NCBI GenBank assembly: GCA_041659765.1
Contig: JBAZXR010000001.1
Coordinates: 787,338 to 851,337, forward strand
Length of the DNA: 64,000 nt
DNA from: Patescibacteria group bacterium
GTDB taxonomy: Bacteria; Patescibacteriota; Patescibacteriia; UBA9934
Reading direction: 5' to 3'
A program made the translations under genes and the position numbers. The notes under the pieces were generated by a model, which saw only the letters and a program-made list of their open reading frames with translations, had not been told where the DNA came from and made no database searches. This document shows positions 19,827 through 29,764 of this stretch, in pieces. Each line of letters starts with the position of its first letter. The first letter of the stretch is position 1.

Positions 19827-21654
19827 GCCACTTTGGATTGATTTCTACACCGGTATAGAAGTATTTGAGAATTGACTGCCAATCCTTCCCCTCCTTAGCC
19901 ATACAGATGGCACCGGAAGCGGACATACCTACGCCGTGGCCCCAAAGGGTCTTACCAACATCACAGGGAACCGGTACAGACTTGGCGTAAGGCACATTAC
20001 CGCCCCAGACCTCTGACCAATCGCGAGTCCTACCGTCTGAACGTGAGAAGAACGAGGTAATAGCCGTGTCTCCATTGTAAGTAACGATTAATCCGCGAGT
20101 AGCGAGCACGCCGGCAGTAATTCTCGGTGTACGCGCCTCCTGGTCGTAGCCCCAATAAACCTGATCGCGGTAAGCGTCTACGTGGAAACCCTCGGCCTTA
20201 TGCTTTGAGGCGTGTGTCCAGTGATAAAAGGCGTAGGTTCTAGCGGCCGTCATCAGCGTTTTCTGGAACTCGGGGTGTGAAAGGTCTGAAGTTTCGGCGA
20301 GTCCTCGCAGGTAAAGCTCGATAGGAAGCTCATTAATCACCCACACCCGATCATTCGGCAAGTTCCACCTGAGTTCGAGGACATTGCGAAACGTGTTATT
20401 AGCAAAAGACGTACCACGAGTGACTCGACGATCAAAATTGGTGATGGTCATGACCGCGTTCGGTGTTTTTGGCACGAATCGCAAAGGCTTAGCACTCTTC
20501 TTATGTGCGCCGTCATTATAAAGATACGTCGAGCCGTCCCACGCCGCTCTAATCTCCTTCCCTTTTGGGTATGAGCCTAGAACAGTTCCGGTTTCATCAG
20601 TCAGGTCAAAATCACTCTCGAAAGAAGTGATTGCCACCTCATCCTTAGTCTCCTCGTCGACCACTAGAACGCCTACGCGAATGGTTGGTTCGTCGATTTG
20701 TTGTAGAACCGGTGTCACGTTCTCGTTGGCCGGTGCGGAAAAAACCTCCGCCGAACCACCCGTGACCTCCACAGGAATCTCGACGAACATCCCCGGAATA
20801 CTCAGATCATCCGCCGTGATTTGGAATTTGGCCGTCTGCAAGCCATTAACATTTGGCGCGGTGAAGAAAAATTGCATGGCGGCCGTCTCGCCTGGCTTAA
20901 CTTTCTGCGAAAGCATCGCGACTTTCTGGCCCTGCCAGCTCAGATGGCGGAAATCACTTGCCCCAGAGGCCATACTGACATCCGGTGCCGTCAAACCGAT
21001 GTTTTTCCAAGTGGCAGTCCCAGTATTCTTTACAACAACGGAAAAAGACACCGTCTTTTTCGCCAGTACCTTGAGCTTGGTCGCGGATTGGGTGACGATC
21101 GAGGCCGAATACCCTGCAATGCCGGATGAAGATGGCGCAGCCGTTGTAGGGGTCGACGCCCCCGTCGATCCACCCGCGTTCGACGCCACCGTAATATTCA
21201 ACGTGAATTCCCCGCCCGTGACCCAAGCCAAGTCTTGGGAGGCCAGGGCGAAGGTCTCCTTGTACGTTCCAACAGTCTTCGGTGCCTTCAGATTGAACGC
21301 AAATGTACTGACAGCACCCGGTTTTACCGAGCTTTCGATCATCCGCTTAACCTGTGAAGGTGACAACCATGAGCCGGGATCAAAAACGCTCGCGCGATAC
21401 TTTGGGCCGTATGTATAGATAGAAATGTAACCTTTGCCGTCATTTGCCCAGGTGGATGACCCCTTATTTTGAAAAGAAATGGCGATGTTCTTCACTTCCC
21501 CTGGAGTCATCGAAATGTTTCCCCCTCCCGTCGTAGTTACTCGAAGAGCTGAATACGGGGCTGTCGAGGCTGCTGAAACCGAGAGTGGCACGCCCAAAAC
21601 TAGCGTTGCCAGCAACAAAAACCCCGAACAGGCTCTTTTAAGAAGAGAAGGCAT
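19822..21654 (-). CDS. secreted SpoIID/LytB-domain protein with N-terminal Ig-like (CARDB/NBR1-like) repeats
   Basis: 610 aa; signal peptide; C-terminal region YLRGLAE...FQKTLMTAARTYAF...AYRDQVYWGY matches SpoIID/LytB. Confidence 0.75.
   Translation of the reverse strand: MPSLLKRACSGFLLLATLVLGVPLSVSAASTAPYSALRVTTTGGGNISMTPGEVKNIAISFQNKGSSTWANDGKGYISIYTYGPKYRASVFDPGSWLSPSQVKRMIESSVKPGAVSTFAFNLKAPKTVGTYKETFALASQDLAWVTGGEFTLNITVASNAGGSTGASTPTTAAPSSSGIAGYSASIVTQSATKLKVLAKKTVSFSVVVKNTGTATWKNIGLTAPDVSMASGASDFRHLSWQGQKVAMLSQKVKPGETAAMQFFFTAPNVNGLQTAKFQITADDLSIPGMFVEIPVEVTGGSAEVFSAPANENVTPVLQQIDEPTIRVGVLVVDEETKDEVAITSFESDFDLTDETGTVLGSYPKGKEIRAAWDGSTYLYNDGAHKKSAKPLRFVPKTPNAVMTITNFDRRVTRGTSFANNTFRNVLELRWNLPNDRVWVINELPIELYLRGLAETSDLSHPEFQKTLMTAARTYAFYHWTHASKHKAEGFHVDAYRDQVYWGYDQEARTPRITAGVLATRGLIVTYNGDTAITSFFSRSDGRTRDWSEVWGGNVPYAKSVPVPCDVGKTLWGHGVGMSASGAICMAKEGKDWQSILKYFYTGVEINPKWP
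21149..21177. repeat. diverged variant of GGGTCGAC hairpin (ggggtcgacgcccccgtcgatccaccc), in-frame in SpoIID-like gene
   Basis: On the minus strand encodes GGSTGASTPT, the same peptide register as the capA-like copy. Confidence 0.45.
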
Positions 21655-21682
21655 AAGACTTTCTGATTATACCCCACCCCTG

Positions 21683-21742
21683 AGCCACCGACTCCCCCGT
21701 AGCCACTCGGGCGAGCCCCTCTTTGAAAGAGGGGAACGCAAC
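21683..21742. repeat. G/C-rich hairpin repeat, copy 3 (intergenic)
   Basis: gagccaccgactcccccgtagccactcgggcgagcccctctttgaaagaggggaacgcaacc. Confidence 0.6.
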
Positions 21743-21753
21743 CATCCCATTCG

Positions 21754-22998
21754 CTACTCTCCTCCTTTCCAAGGAGGAGTCGGAGGAGGTGCAAGGGTCA
21801 TGGCCAGCATGGCTACGGTCAGGATGGCCAAATCATTCTTGAAGAACGGCACATCGACAAGCCCATGGATCACCATGGTTGCAAGCGCACCAAAGGCCAT
21901 GAGTGTGAAGACATCGCCCCGGCGCATGAGTGTAACCCTGCTCGTCGAGACAATGAAGCCAAGAAGGGCGATAACGCCCAGAAGTCCGAGCTCGACCCAG
22001 AAGTTCAAGAGGATGTTGTGCGGGTACTGGAAAATCTCGAAGATTCTTCCGTCATGATACGGCTTGATGGCCGTTGGGTATCCGGCGAGTCCTGCACCGG
22101 TCAGCCAGTGTGACTTCAGGTACGTTGTCGTCTCGTGCCATTGGGCTAGGCGAGCCTGACCGCTGATGTCTTGAAGTAAAAGCTTCTCGTGAACCGTTGG
22201 CACGAACATGAAACAGGCAAACCCAATCAACAAAACTGCTGAACCAATGTAAGCCTTTATCTTCAGGGGCGCGGTCGAAAACATCAGTACGATCAACAAT
22301 GCTGAAGGGATCGCCACGAAGACTGCTTCGGTCTGCGACAAAAAACATGCGAGAAGACCAAAAACTGCGATGACGATTGCGGTTATTCGTCGATTCATCG
22401 CCAATGGATGGCCGAAGCACGAGGCATATACCACCGCCGCGGTCACGATGGGCGCGACGAACAGGCCGAGGGCATTTGGGAAGTCAAAGAAGCTCGTGGC
22501 CCGCAACTCGATGTCCCACGGCGCCGGGATGCCGAGGCCTGTTGCTCGCTGAACAAGGGCGAAGAGCGACAGAGCAACAACGGTCCCACCGAGTGCAAAG
22601 AAAGCGCGCTCCCAATCCTTTCTAGCGGTGAACGTGGAACGGAAGACGAAGAATAAGAGGAAAGGCTCGATGAAATAGGCCTTCCAGATACCGAGAGCGG
22701 CAAAGGTGTCAGGTTCGACAACCACCGCGAAACAAGAAGATGCAAGGAGGAGAAGCATCGGTACCCTATACGGTCCCAGCGAGCGAAGGAACTCGAGCAT
22801 TCTCCCCTTCTCCTTGAAGAACCAGAAACCGAGTATTACGAGCACGAGACACTCGAGCAGTGTTGTCGGAACAGGACCGATCGAAAAACGAATCAAGTAT
22901 GTAGGCAACAATGCCAAAAGAATTACGAGCGCGAGTTTGAAATCACGATAGGTAAGATATGCAAAAGAGAGAAGGACGAGAACGGCAAGAATCATCAT
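21754..22998 (-). CDS. polytopic membrane protein, O-antigen ligase/polymerase (Wzy_C)-like
   Basis: 414 aa, about 10-12 TM helices with a larger periplasmic loop. Confidence 0.5.
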   Translation of the reverse strand: MMILAVLVLLSFAYLTYRDFKLALVILLALLPTYLIRFSIGPVPTTLLECLVLVILGFWFFKEKGRMLEFLRSLGPYRVPMLLLLASSCFAVVVEPDTFAALGIWKAYFIEPFLLFFVFRSTFTARKDWERAFFALGGTVVALSLFALVQRATGLGIPAPWDIELRATSFFDFPNALGLFVAPIVTAAVVYASCFGHPLAMNRRITAIVIAVFGLLACFLSQTEAVFVAIPSALLIVLMFSTAPLKIKAYIGSAVLLIGFACFMFVPTVHEKLLLQDISGQARLAQWHETTTYLKSHWLTGAGLAGYPTAIKPYHDGRIFEIFQYPHNILLNFWVELGLLGVIALLGFIVSTSRVTLMRRGDVFTLMAFGALATMVIHGLVDVPFFKNDLAILTVAMLAMTLAPPPTPPWKGGE

Positions 22999-23004
22999 AA
23001 TTAT

Positions 23005-24465
23005 CTACATTCCGCTCGAAGGATTCTCCGGCAGGAACAGTTTAGCAATAGCCTTTGGTCTTGGTCCGCCGAGTGCCATGACGGCAAGAACATACACGAC
23101 GATGCCAGCGAAAACAGTAGCGGCAGTCAACAAGGGATTATCGAACTCCCCAACTTGGGACATGATCAAGCCGATAATTCCAGCCATCGCAGCCGTCGAA
23201 ACAATCGCGCGGGCCGTCATCTTGAGGTTCGGCAGGCGCTTGGTAGCCTTCGACACGACAATGAACGCGAAAAGACCGATCAACGATTCTGAGAAAAGCG
23301 TCACCCAGGCTGCTGCCCAGGCGCCGTATACGGGAATGTAGAGGACGTAGCCCGTGATGGCAACCGCGGCCACAAAAAGATAGGCCAAGACCATGATCTT
23401 CTGCTTTTTTACGGCTACTACGGCGTGACCGTAAAGCGAGTTGAAAAACACCACGGCTGCAGCCGGACCGAGCACTGCCAAGACTTGGCCAGCAAGAATC
23501 AGATCTGGTTTTACTGCAGTCATAACTGGTACGCCGAGCATGATAGCGCCGACGGCAAATGGGATGGCGATCAAGGCGAAGATATCAAACGTGTGCTGAA
23601 GATTGCGATCAAATTTCTCTCGATTCTTTTCGCTCCAGGCTAGCGTCAAAATAGGTAGTATGAGTCCCATGAAGGTGACTGGAATCATCGTCATTACATC
23701 CACCACCTTATACGCTGAACCATATTGTCCGATCTCGATGAAACGACGAGCTGGGTCAAGCAGTACGGCCATGAATAAAATATCTCCCTTCAAATATAGG
23801 AGATTAAAGAAGATGGAAATTCCAATCGGCCAACTCCGTACAAGCACCTCGCGCCACACGTGCCACTGCATCCGAGGACGAAGTTTCACGTAACGCGCCG
23901 TACCTAAAAGCATGATGGCGAGCTGAACAAATCCGCCCACAAAAAATCCGAGCGAGGCTTCGAAAAGTGAGAGATGTAACGTGCCGGCGACAATCACCCA
24001 AGTAAGGGCGATAAGTCTGTTCAACATCTCCCCCATCACCGGCGCCGCCAGCTCGAGTCTTTTCTGAAACACGCCAATATACGTTGAACCGACTGACGCA
24101 AAGAAAGATGACCCCGTGGCGATGCATACCAAAAGTACCACTTCACGAACACCCGGAATAAAGATGGCCGTTATTGGCGCAATCGCCATAAAGGCCAAAG
24201 CCGAGATCACTCGCAGAGTCAGCAAGTTACCGAGAATCTTCTCCTCATCTGCTCCCCTTTCCGAAATCATCTGCGTCGTGGTCAACGTCAGACCGAAATC
24301 GACAATCACGCCAAAAATCGCCACATGAGTCATGGCGGTAGTCAGCAAACCGTAGCCCTCCGTCCCAAAATAATTGAGCAGTAAATAAAAGGTGGCTAGG
24401 CCAAAGATTGTTCCAAATAACTTGCCTCCAATCTGTAAGGCCGAATTCTTAGCGAGGGCTGACAT
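23005..24465 (-). CDS. polysaccharide biosynthesis protein / Wzx-type oligosaccharide flippase (MOP superfamily)
   Basis: Start set at MSALAKNSALQIGGK; about 14 TM helices; Polysacc_synt-like N-terminus. Confidence 0.6.
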   Translation of the reverse strand: MSALAKNSALQIGGKLFGTIFGLATFYLLLNYFGTEGYGLLTTAMTHVAIFGVIVDFGLTLTTTQMISERGADEEKILGNLLTLRVISALAFMAIAPITAIFIPGVREVVLLVCIATGSSFFASVGSTYIGVFQKRLELAAPVMGEMLNRLIALTWVIVAGTLHLSLFEASLGFFVGGFVQLAIMLLGTARYVKLRPRMQWHVWREVLVRSWPIGISIFFNLLYLKGDILFMAVLLDPARRFIEIGQYGSAYKVVDVMTMIPVTFMGLILPILTLAWSEKNREKFDRNLQHTFDIFALIAIPFAVGAIMLGVPVMTAVKPDLILAGQVLAVLGPAAAVVFFNSLYGHAVVAVKKQKIMVLAYLFVAAVAITGYVLYIPVYGAWAAAWVTLFSESLIGLFAFIVVSKATKRLPNLKMTARAIVSTAAMAGIIGLIMSQVGEFDNPLLTAATVFAGIVVYVLAVMALGGPRPKAIAKLFLPENPSSGM

Positions 24466-24562
24466 ATATGAGTAAGCATACCCCACCAAATATCTCTCGT
24501 AAAAAAAGCGACCGGCGCACAGTGGGTTTGAAACCCACCGCACACCGGCCATTACGAGTCAC

Positions 24563-26128
24563 CTAGTCACAGGTACAGGTCTTGAACTCCGGGTGCCGAG
24601 CACAGTAGCCCGGCCGGTCGTTCTCCATCTGCACTTTGTCTGCCAGGCACAGGCTTTGTGCCTGTGACCGCGCAATCAGCGGGAGCCCTCCAGACGACAG
24701 GCTGTAAGTGTTCCGTCCGGAATCCGCTTCCAGCATGTTGTCCGTGTACGCGTGCAGGTTGCCCACCAGCTTACGCTGTCCGGCCTGGCTGAAGAACAAG
24801 GCAAAGAAGAGCGCCACACCAGCCATCCCCACAATGGCCTTCGGGGAACCGCCGAGCAGAGCAGTGATCAGGTCCTGCACGAGTACTGGCAGAATGTAAC
24901 CATTGAAGTACTGAGCGACCGTCAGGATGGTCAGGAGAAAGAACCACGCCGCCACGAAGAGCCCCTTGTCCAGGACCACCTCACCGGTCATGGCCCAAAA
25001 AACGTTCACCGCAAGCCCAACGAGCGTCGCGCCCATTGAAACCTTCAGGTTGGCCGCCCGGGTCTCGCCCTGAACGGTCAGGTACTGCTTGTTCTGCCGT
25101 TCCTCGATCAGGTGGGCCGTGCTGGCTCCTGCCGAGGGTGAGGCTTCCTTAGCGTGACCATGAGCGTCTTTAGCGGCTGGCTTTGCTTTCGGCTCATCGT
25201 GAGCCGTGGGCAACACCACCTTCTTTCCGTCTTCGCCGACGTAGATGTCCTTCACCTGCACCGTCCACGGATCATCCACGAGGACGAAGAAGATGGAAGC
25301 CCAAACGGCGAAGAAGCTGACATCGCCCCAAAAGGCCAAGGGGCTGAAGCCCGGCCTAAGCCAGGTCGCCAGCACAATCACGCCAACCGTGAGGCTAGAC
25401 GCTTTGAGGAGCTGACCGAAGGCCTGGGTCAAGCTGAACTTCTTCTTCTTTCCTTCCGAGCTGGTTCGACCAGTGCGGAAGGCGAGGTAAGCCACGACGC
25501 CAGTCACGCAGAGAGGGGCGCCCACAACGACGAGCGTCGCAATAGCCGCCACCCACCACCATTTGCCGGTAGACGGAGCAACCTTGGCCGGCACACTGGC
25601 CGGAGCGCCAAAGATGGTGTGTTTGGCCCACTCCACCTTGGCCTTCATGCCGTTGGTCACCACGTTGTCATCAATCCAGTCCTTCATCTCGAGCGAAGCC
25701 TGCTCAGCCATCGGGACGTTCTTGAACCCTTCGTCGAGCGCTGCCTCCAGAAACGGAGCCAACTCATCGAGCACACCGTGCAGGAACATGGTGGACTCTT
25801 CCCGCTCGGCCTTGCTCGGCCGAGCAGTCGGATCAGGATCGATCACTCGGGTCAAACGGACCGCGTGATCGTGCGCCAGGTCGGCACGCGCCTCAGTCAT
25901 GTCCGGCAATTTGCCGTACGGCTGAGCGCCTTCCGTCAAGGCCAGAATGGCCCGGCGGAGCTGACGCCGCTCTTTGGGGCGTTCAATGATCTCTTCCTGC
26001 TCGTTGTTACGGAGCATGAAGATCTCAGTCCACGCCAGGAGGGCGCGCTTCTGGCCTTCCTTCAGAACCACCGGCTTGGGCAGTTCAGGAGTCTTGGCCG
26101 GATCAGGGGTAGCAGATGCAGTAGACAT
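24563..26128 (-). CDS. hypothetical membrane protein, G+C-rich (cytoplasmic N-domain + about 8 TM helices)
   Basis: 521 aa; no recognisable domain. Confidence 0.55.
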   Translation of the reverse strand: MSTASATPDPAKTPELPKPVVLKEGQKRALLAWTEIFMLRNNEQEEIIERPKERRQLRRAILALTEGAQPYGKLPDMTEARADLAHDHAVRLTRVIDPDPTARPSKAEREESTMFLHGVLDELAPFLEAALDEGFKNVPMAEQASLEMKDWIDDNVVTNGMKAKVEWAKHTIFGAPASVPAKVAPSTGKWWWVAAIATLVVVGAPLCVTGVVAYLAFRTGRTSSEGKKKKFSLTQAFGQLLKASSLTVGVIVLATWLRPGFSPLAFWGDVSFFAVWASIFFVLVDDPWTVQVKDIYVGEDGKKVVLPTAHDEPKAKPAAKDAHGHAKEASPSAGASTAHLIEERQNKQYLTVQGETRAANLKVSMGATLVGLAVNVFWAMTGEVVLDKGLFVAAWFFLLTILTVAQYFNGYILPVLVQDLITALLGGSPKAIVGMAGVALFFALFFSQAGQRKLVGNLHAYTDNMLEADSGRNTYSLSSGGLPLIARSQAQSLCLADKVQMENDRPGYCARHPEFKTCTCD

Positions 26129-26274
26129 TGATGTTTCCTCCAGGGGCAGGCTTGCCCCAATTCAGTTGTTTTTCGGTTGTAAAAGGACAAATGAGTTTAA
26201 CTGAAACGACCAAGAAAGTCAATGGTTTAAGGTATTAGATTTCATGTTTTATTGGTCTTTTTCACTAAAAACAT

Positions 26275-26308
26275 TGACAAAACCCCTTTTTTATGCTATT
26301 ATTGTTAG
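26275..26308 (+). promoter_or_regulatory. sigma70-like promoter (TTGACA - 17 nt - TATTAT) in AT-rich divergent spacer
   Basis: ttgacaaaaccccttttttatgctattattg upstream of 26379 gene. Confidence 0.35.
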
Positions 26309-26378
26309 TTGAGTAACGATCGGGGAAGGTCCCTGAAACGTGCTCAGACGCTTGAGAAAACCCAATGTGAGGTGACTA

Positions 26379-27152
26379 ATGTTGACCCTTATCCTGTCCT
26401 TGTTCGTTTCCAGCGCCAACGCTGGTGACTCCGTCTACGTCCCCCGCGCCACGCTCGGCAGTCGCCCGGCGGTGGTCAGCGTGTGCCCGGACGGCGTGAG
26501 TGTGGTCGGGCGCATCCGCGCCGGCACCATGCTCCCGTACGCGGAGCTGTGCGCTGATCACCAGGAGGCCATGGCGAGCATCGCCACGGACCGCGCCCTG
26601 GTGGACGGCCAGGTCGACGTTGATCGCATCGACGCGGTCACGCGCCGCCAGGAAGTCGAAAGTGACCGCACGATCGGCGTGATCGACGCCAACACCCGGC
26701 GCGAGGTGTCCCTCCAGGGCATCGAGCACGGCGTGGCGACCTACGCCCGCGGTGACATGGTGGTCACGGGTGACAAGCCCGCCGCCATTGCCGCGGAGTT
26801 TGACAACCTGCCGGCCGGCGGTGGCTACAGCTTCTACGATCGCCGGGTCGGACAGTCGTTTACGGCGTTCGACACGCTGAACGCACTGGACGGCAACGGC
26901 GGGTACTCCGGTGGCCTGGTCGGACAGACGACGCAGTCGACCTCGTCGACCAGCGCCACCACCGCGACGGTGAACTCGACCGAGCTCCAATCCGACCTGC
27001 AAAAGGCGGACGAACAGAGCGCCAGCCTGCGGACACAGGTGGGCGGTCTGCAGGGCCAGGTCTCGGTCCAGGAAGCCGAGCTCAAGGCGAAGCAAGCCGA
27101 GATCGACAGGCTGGCCCCGCTCGCCGATGAGTCCTGGTGGCCCGGCTACTAG
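26379..27152 (+). CDS. hypothetical secreted protein with C-terminal coiled coil, G+C-rich
   Basis: 257 aa; MLTLILSLFVSSANA signal peptide. Confidence 0.55.
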   Translation: MLTLILSLFVSSANAGDSVYVPRATLGSRPAVVSVCPDGVSVVGRIRAGTMLPYAELCADHQEAMASIATDRALVDGQVDVDRIDAVTRRQEVESDRTIGVIDANTRREVSLQGIEHGVATYARGDMVVTGDKPAAIAAEFDNLPAGGGYSFYDRRVGQSFTAFDTLNALDGNGGYSGGLVGQTTQSTSSTSATTATVNSTELQSDLQKADEQSASLRTQVGGLQGQVSVQEAELKAKQAEIDRLAPLADESWWPGY

Positions 27153-27270
27153 GAACACGTGACTGGTCTCCTCAAATACACGCAAGTGTGTTTGAGGAGA
27201 CCGGATCTACTGAGTGACGAACGGAATTTTCCGTTGGCCACTCACAAGTCCCTGTTCGGAGGTAATTCAC

Positions 27271-27918
27271 ATGCGTTCCTTTCTCATGGTCATGCAGTTC
27301 ATGATTGTCTTCTTCACGGGCATGGCCCGCGCGGAGGACAGCCGCGTCCTGCCACACGCCGCGGACATCGCGTCCCTGGGCTGCGTGAACGGAGACGTTC
27401 CCGTGCCCGTGGGCGTCATCCTCACCTGGCGTCCGCCCAACTGTACGGCCGCGGACGGCCTGGTAGAGATCACGAATGACACCCCCGGGTGCATCGTGCC
27501 GAACATCTCCGGGGTCTCCAAACCGAAGGTCGTGGAAGCCTTCGGAATGAATCTCGCGGTCATTGGCTTCTACAAGTCGGACGGCCGGTTCCTGCCCTGT
27601 ATCCCCCAGCGGAAGAAGGACCAGAACACCGGCAACACGACCATCGGTCACTACTGGATGTTTCTCCCGACGCCGATCGTCACGATCTCCGGGTCGGGGT
27701 ACACGGTGCCGCGAGACTGGCACATCACCGATGTCACAATCGACGCCACCACGGACGTTCCCGTGGTTGCGTTGAACGGCAGCATTGGCGGTCTGACGAA
27801 GACGGCCCCGCTCGCCTTCACCTGCTCCACCGTTGAGTTCAACTCGGCGAGTGACAGTGAACTGTGGAGCAACGGACTCCCGGTCTTCAACTTCCAGTAC
27901 ACGAACTGCCCGCACTAA
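27271..27918 (+). CDS. hypothetical secreted Cys-containing protein, G+C-rich
   Basis: Start at MRSFLMVMQFMIVFFTGMARA after ggagg RBS. Confidence 0.5.
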   Translation: MRSFLMVMQFMIVFFTGMARAEDSRVLPHAADIASLGCVNGDVPVPVGVILTWRPPNCTAADGLVEITNDTPGCIVPNISGVSKPKVVEAFGMNLAVIGFYKSDGRFLPCIPQRKKDQNTGNTTIGHYWMFLPTPIVTISGSGYTVPRDWHITDVTIDATTDVPVVALNGSIGGLTKTAPLAFTCSTVEFNSASDSELWSNGLPVFNFQYTNCPH

Positions 27919-27981
27919 AGCAGTTCAGCTACATCTGCGCCGGTCCTTGGGAACATCCCCTGGATCGGCGTTTTGCTTTAC

Positions 27982-28012
27982 ACAAACAAAAAACCGCCCG
28001 AAGGCGGTTTTT
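27982..28012. terminator. bidirectional rho-independent terminator
   Basis: aaaaaaccgcccgaaggcggttttttt. Confidence 0.65.
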
Positions 28013-28018
28013 TTAGTC

Positions 28019-28405
28019 TTAGACGTTGCCCGTAGCCTTACTGAGGTTATCGATCACGAAACTGCTGATGGCGTAAGCTGAGAGGAGAACCACTAGACCA
28101 ACCACTGCCGAGATCAAAATGTTCTTTGCGGAATCAACTTTCTTAGAGTCACCAGCGGCCGTCATCCAAGTGAAACCGGCGTAGATGGTCAGAACCAAGA
28201 ACACGATACCGAGGATGCCCAAGAAAGTTTGGATTAGCGATCCAACAGTCTGAGTTAAATCCTGCTTCTGTTGACCAGAGCTGGTACCGACGGCATCAAG
28301 GTTATCGTTTAAGTTAATTGCATGCACCGTAAGCACGGATGGTAACAATGTCATTGCGGCCAAACCAGCACCGAAGGCAAACTTTTTGAATTTGTTCATA
28401 GACAT
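28019..28405 (-). CDS. pilin-like small protein 1 (signal peptide + two-helix VirB2/TrbC-like core)
   Basis: Core YAGFTWMTAAGDSKKVDSAKNILISAVVGLVVLLSAYAISSFVI. Confidence 0.6.
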   Translation of the reverse strand: MSMNKFKKFAFGAGLAAMTLLPSVLTVHAINLNDNLDAVGTSSGQQKQDLTQTVGSLIQTFLGILGIVFLVLTIYAGFTWMTAAGDSKKVDSAKNILISAVVGLVVLLSAYAISSFVIDNLSKATGNV

Positions 28406-28469
28406 ATTAAATGTTGAATAAAGTATACATCGCCCATAACTCATGTGAAATAACTATACACACCCGTGC

Positions 28470-28856
28470 CTAACAATTGGGTGGAATACATCCCGGCGTG
28501 CTAGTAGGACTAAGGCTTCCCGAGTATGACGAGTCTGATGTGGCCGACTGCGACTGCTGTAGTGCGTTGATAATGAACGAAGAAATAGCGAAAGCCGAAA
28601 GAGTGATAACAAGACCAACGGTTGCACTGATTAGCATACCCTTAGCTCTATCCACTAACTTTGAATTCCCCGCAGAGGTCATCCAGATAAAACCGGCGTA
28701 GACCACAAGTATAAGAAAAACAACTCCCAAGATACCAAAGACCGCACTGATAATGACACCAATCAGCTGAGGCAAGGTTTGCGAAACCGTATATCCGGCG
28801 TTACCGCCGGCCTGGGAGAGCCCCGTGGTTGTCACAATCGCCAAAAGCCTGGTCAT
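28470..28856 (-). CDS. pilin-like small protein 2
   Basis: Core YAGFIWMTSAGNSKLVDRAKGMLISATVGLVITLSAFAISSFII. Confidence 0.6.
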   Translation of the reverse strand: MTRLLAIVTTTGLSQAGGNAGYTVSQTLPQLIGVIISAVFGILGVVFLILVVYAGFIWMTSAGNSKLVDRAKGMLISATVGLVITLSAFAISSFIINALQQSQSATSDSSYSGSLSPTSTPGCIPPNC

Positions 28857-28857
28857 A

Positions 28858-29250
28858 TTATCCTCCCTGTGGATTTCCTGAAATTCCGCCCGTAGAAAGT
28901 GCGGTGAAAAGTGCGCTAGTCACCGCATAAGCAGCTACAATGATAACCGCGCCAATAACTGCGCCGGTCATAATGTCTTTTGCTTTAGCTACTCGCTTAT
29001 CATTTCCGGCAGCCGTCATCCAAAGACCACCAGCGTAAACCATGAGACAGAGAAAAGTAAGTCCTAGAAGACCAAGAACCGGCTGAATAACGCGAGCCCC
29101 AATAAACTGGGCGATATTCATGTTCGAATCAATCTTCGCGGCTACTCCGGTCTGAGATAGGCCAGAATCCCCAACGCTAAATTGTGCGGATACGCCAAGA
29201 GGAAGCAGGAAGGACAACGCCATGAGCCCAGTTACTACCAGTTTTCGCAT
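28858..29250 (-). CDS. pilin-like small protein 3
   Basis: Signal peptide MRKLVVTGLMALSFLLPLGVSA; core YAGGLWMTAAGNDKRVAKAKDIMTGAVIGAVIIVAAYAVTSALF. Confidence 0.6.
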   Translation of the reverse strand: MRKLVVTGLMALSFLLPLGVSAQFSVGDSGLSQTGVAAKIDSNMNIAQFIGARVIQPVLGLLGLTFLCLMVYAGGLWMTAAGNDKRVAKAKDIMTGAVIGAVIIVAAYAVTSALFTALSTGGISGNPQGG

Positions 29251-29297
29251 ATCGTGCCCGCACCTTCAGAGAAGATGCGGACTTCGATAGGTGACAA

Positions 29298-29708
29298 CTA
29301 ACCTTGAGTAGCGGTGAGGAAAGAAGAAATAACGAACGTGGTGATAGCGTAGGCTGACAGGATGATCGCCAGACCAATGATACCGCTGATGATGAGCTTC
29401 TTAGCTTCACCAACTTTCTCATCGTTACCACCGGAAACCATCCACTTGAAGCCACCGTAGAGCACAATGACTACAGCTACTACTCCGAGGAAACCAAGGG
29501 CTACCTTAATGAGGTTGCCGATGGTCTGCTTCAGGTCACCCTGGCCAAGACCAGTGGAATCACCGAAGTCAGAGCTGATGATATCCTCAGCGCCCAGTGG
29601 CTGAGCATGGGCTACTGGCGCAAATGACGGAACTAAGCGCATGAACGGAAGTGCGAGCGCGAGCCCGAGCACGGCGCTCATCCCAAATCGTACCAAGGAT
29701 TTCACCAT
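29298..29708 (-). CDS. pilin-like small protein 4
   Basis: Start set at MVKSLVRFGMSAVLGLALALPF; core YGGFKWMVSGGNDEKVGEAKKLIISGIIGLAIILSAYAITTFVI. Confidence 0.55.
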   Translation of the reverse strand: MVKSLVRFGMSAVLGLALALPFMRLVPSFAPVAHAQPLGAEDIISSDFGDSTGLGQGDLKQTIGNLIKVALGFLGVVAVVIVLYGGFKWMVSGGNDEKVGEAKKLIISGIIGLAIILSAYAITTFVISSFLTATQG

Positions 29709-29764
29709 AGGAATGGTAAGTAATAAATTAAAAATGAGAAATCTCCTGAACATTATACACCAGA

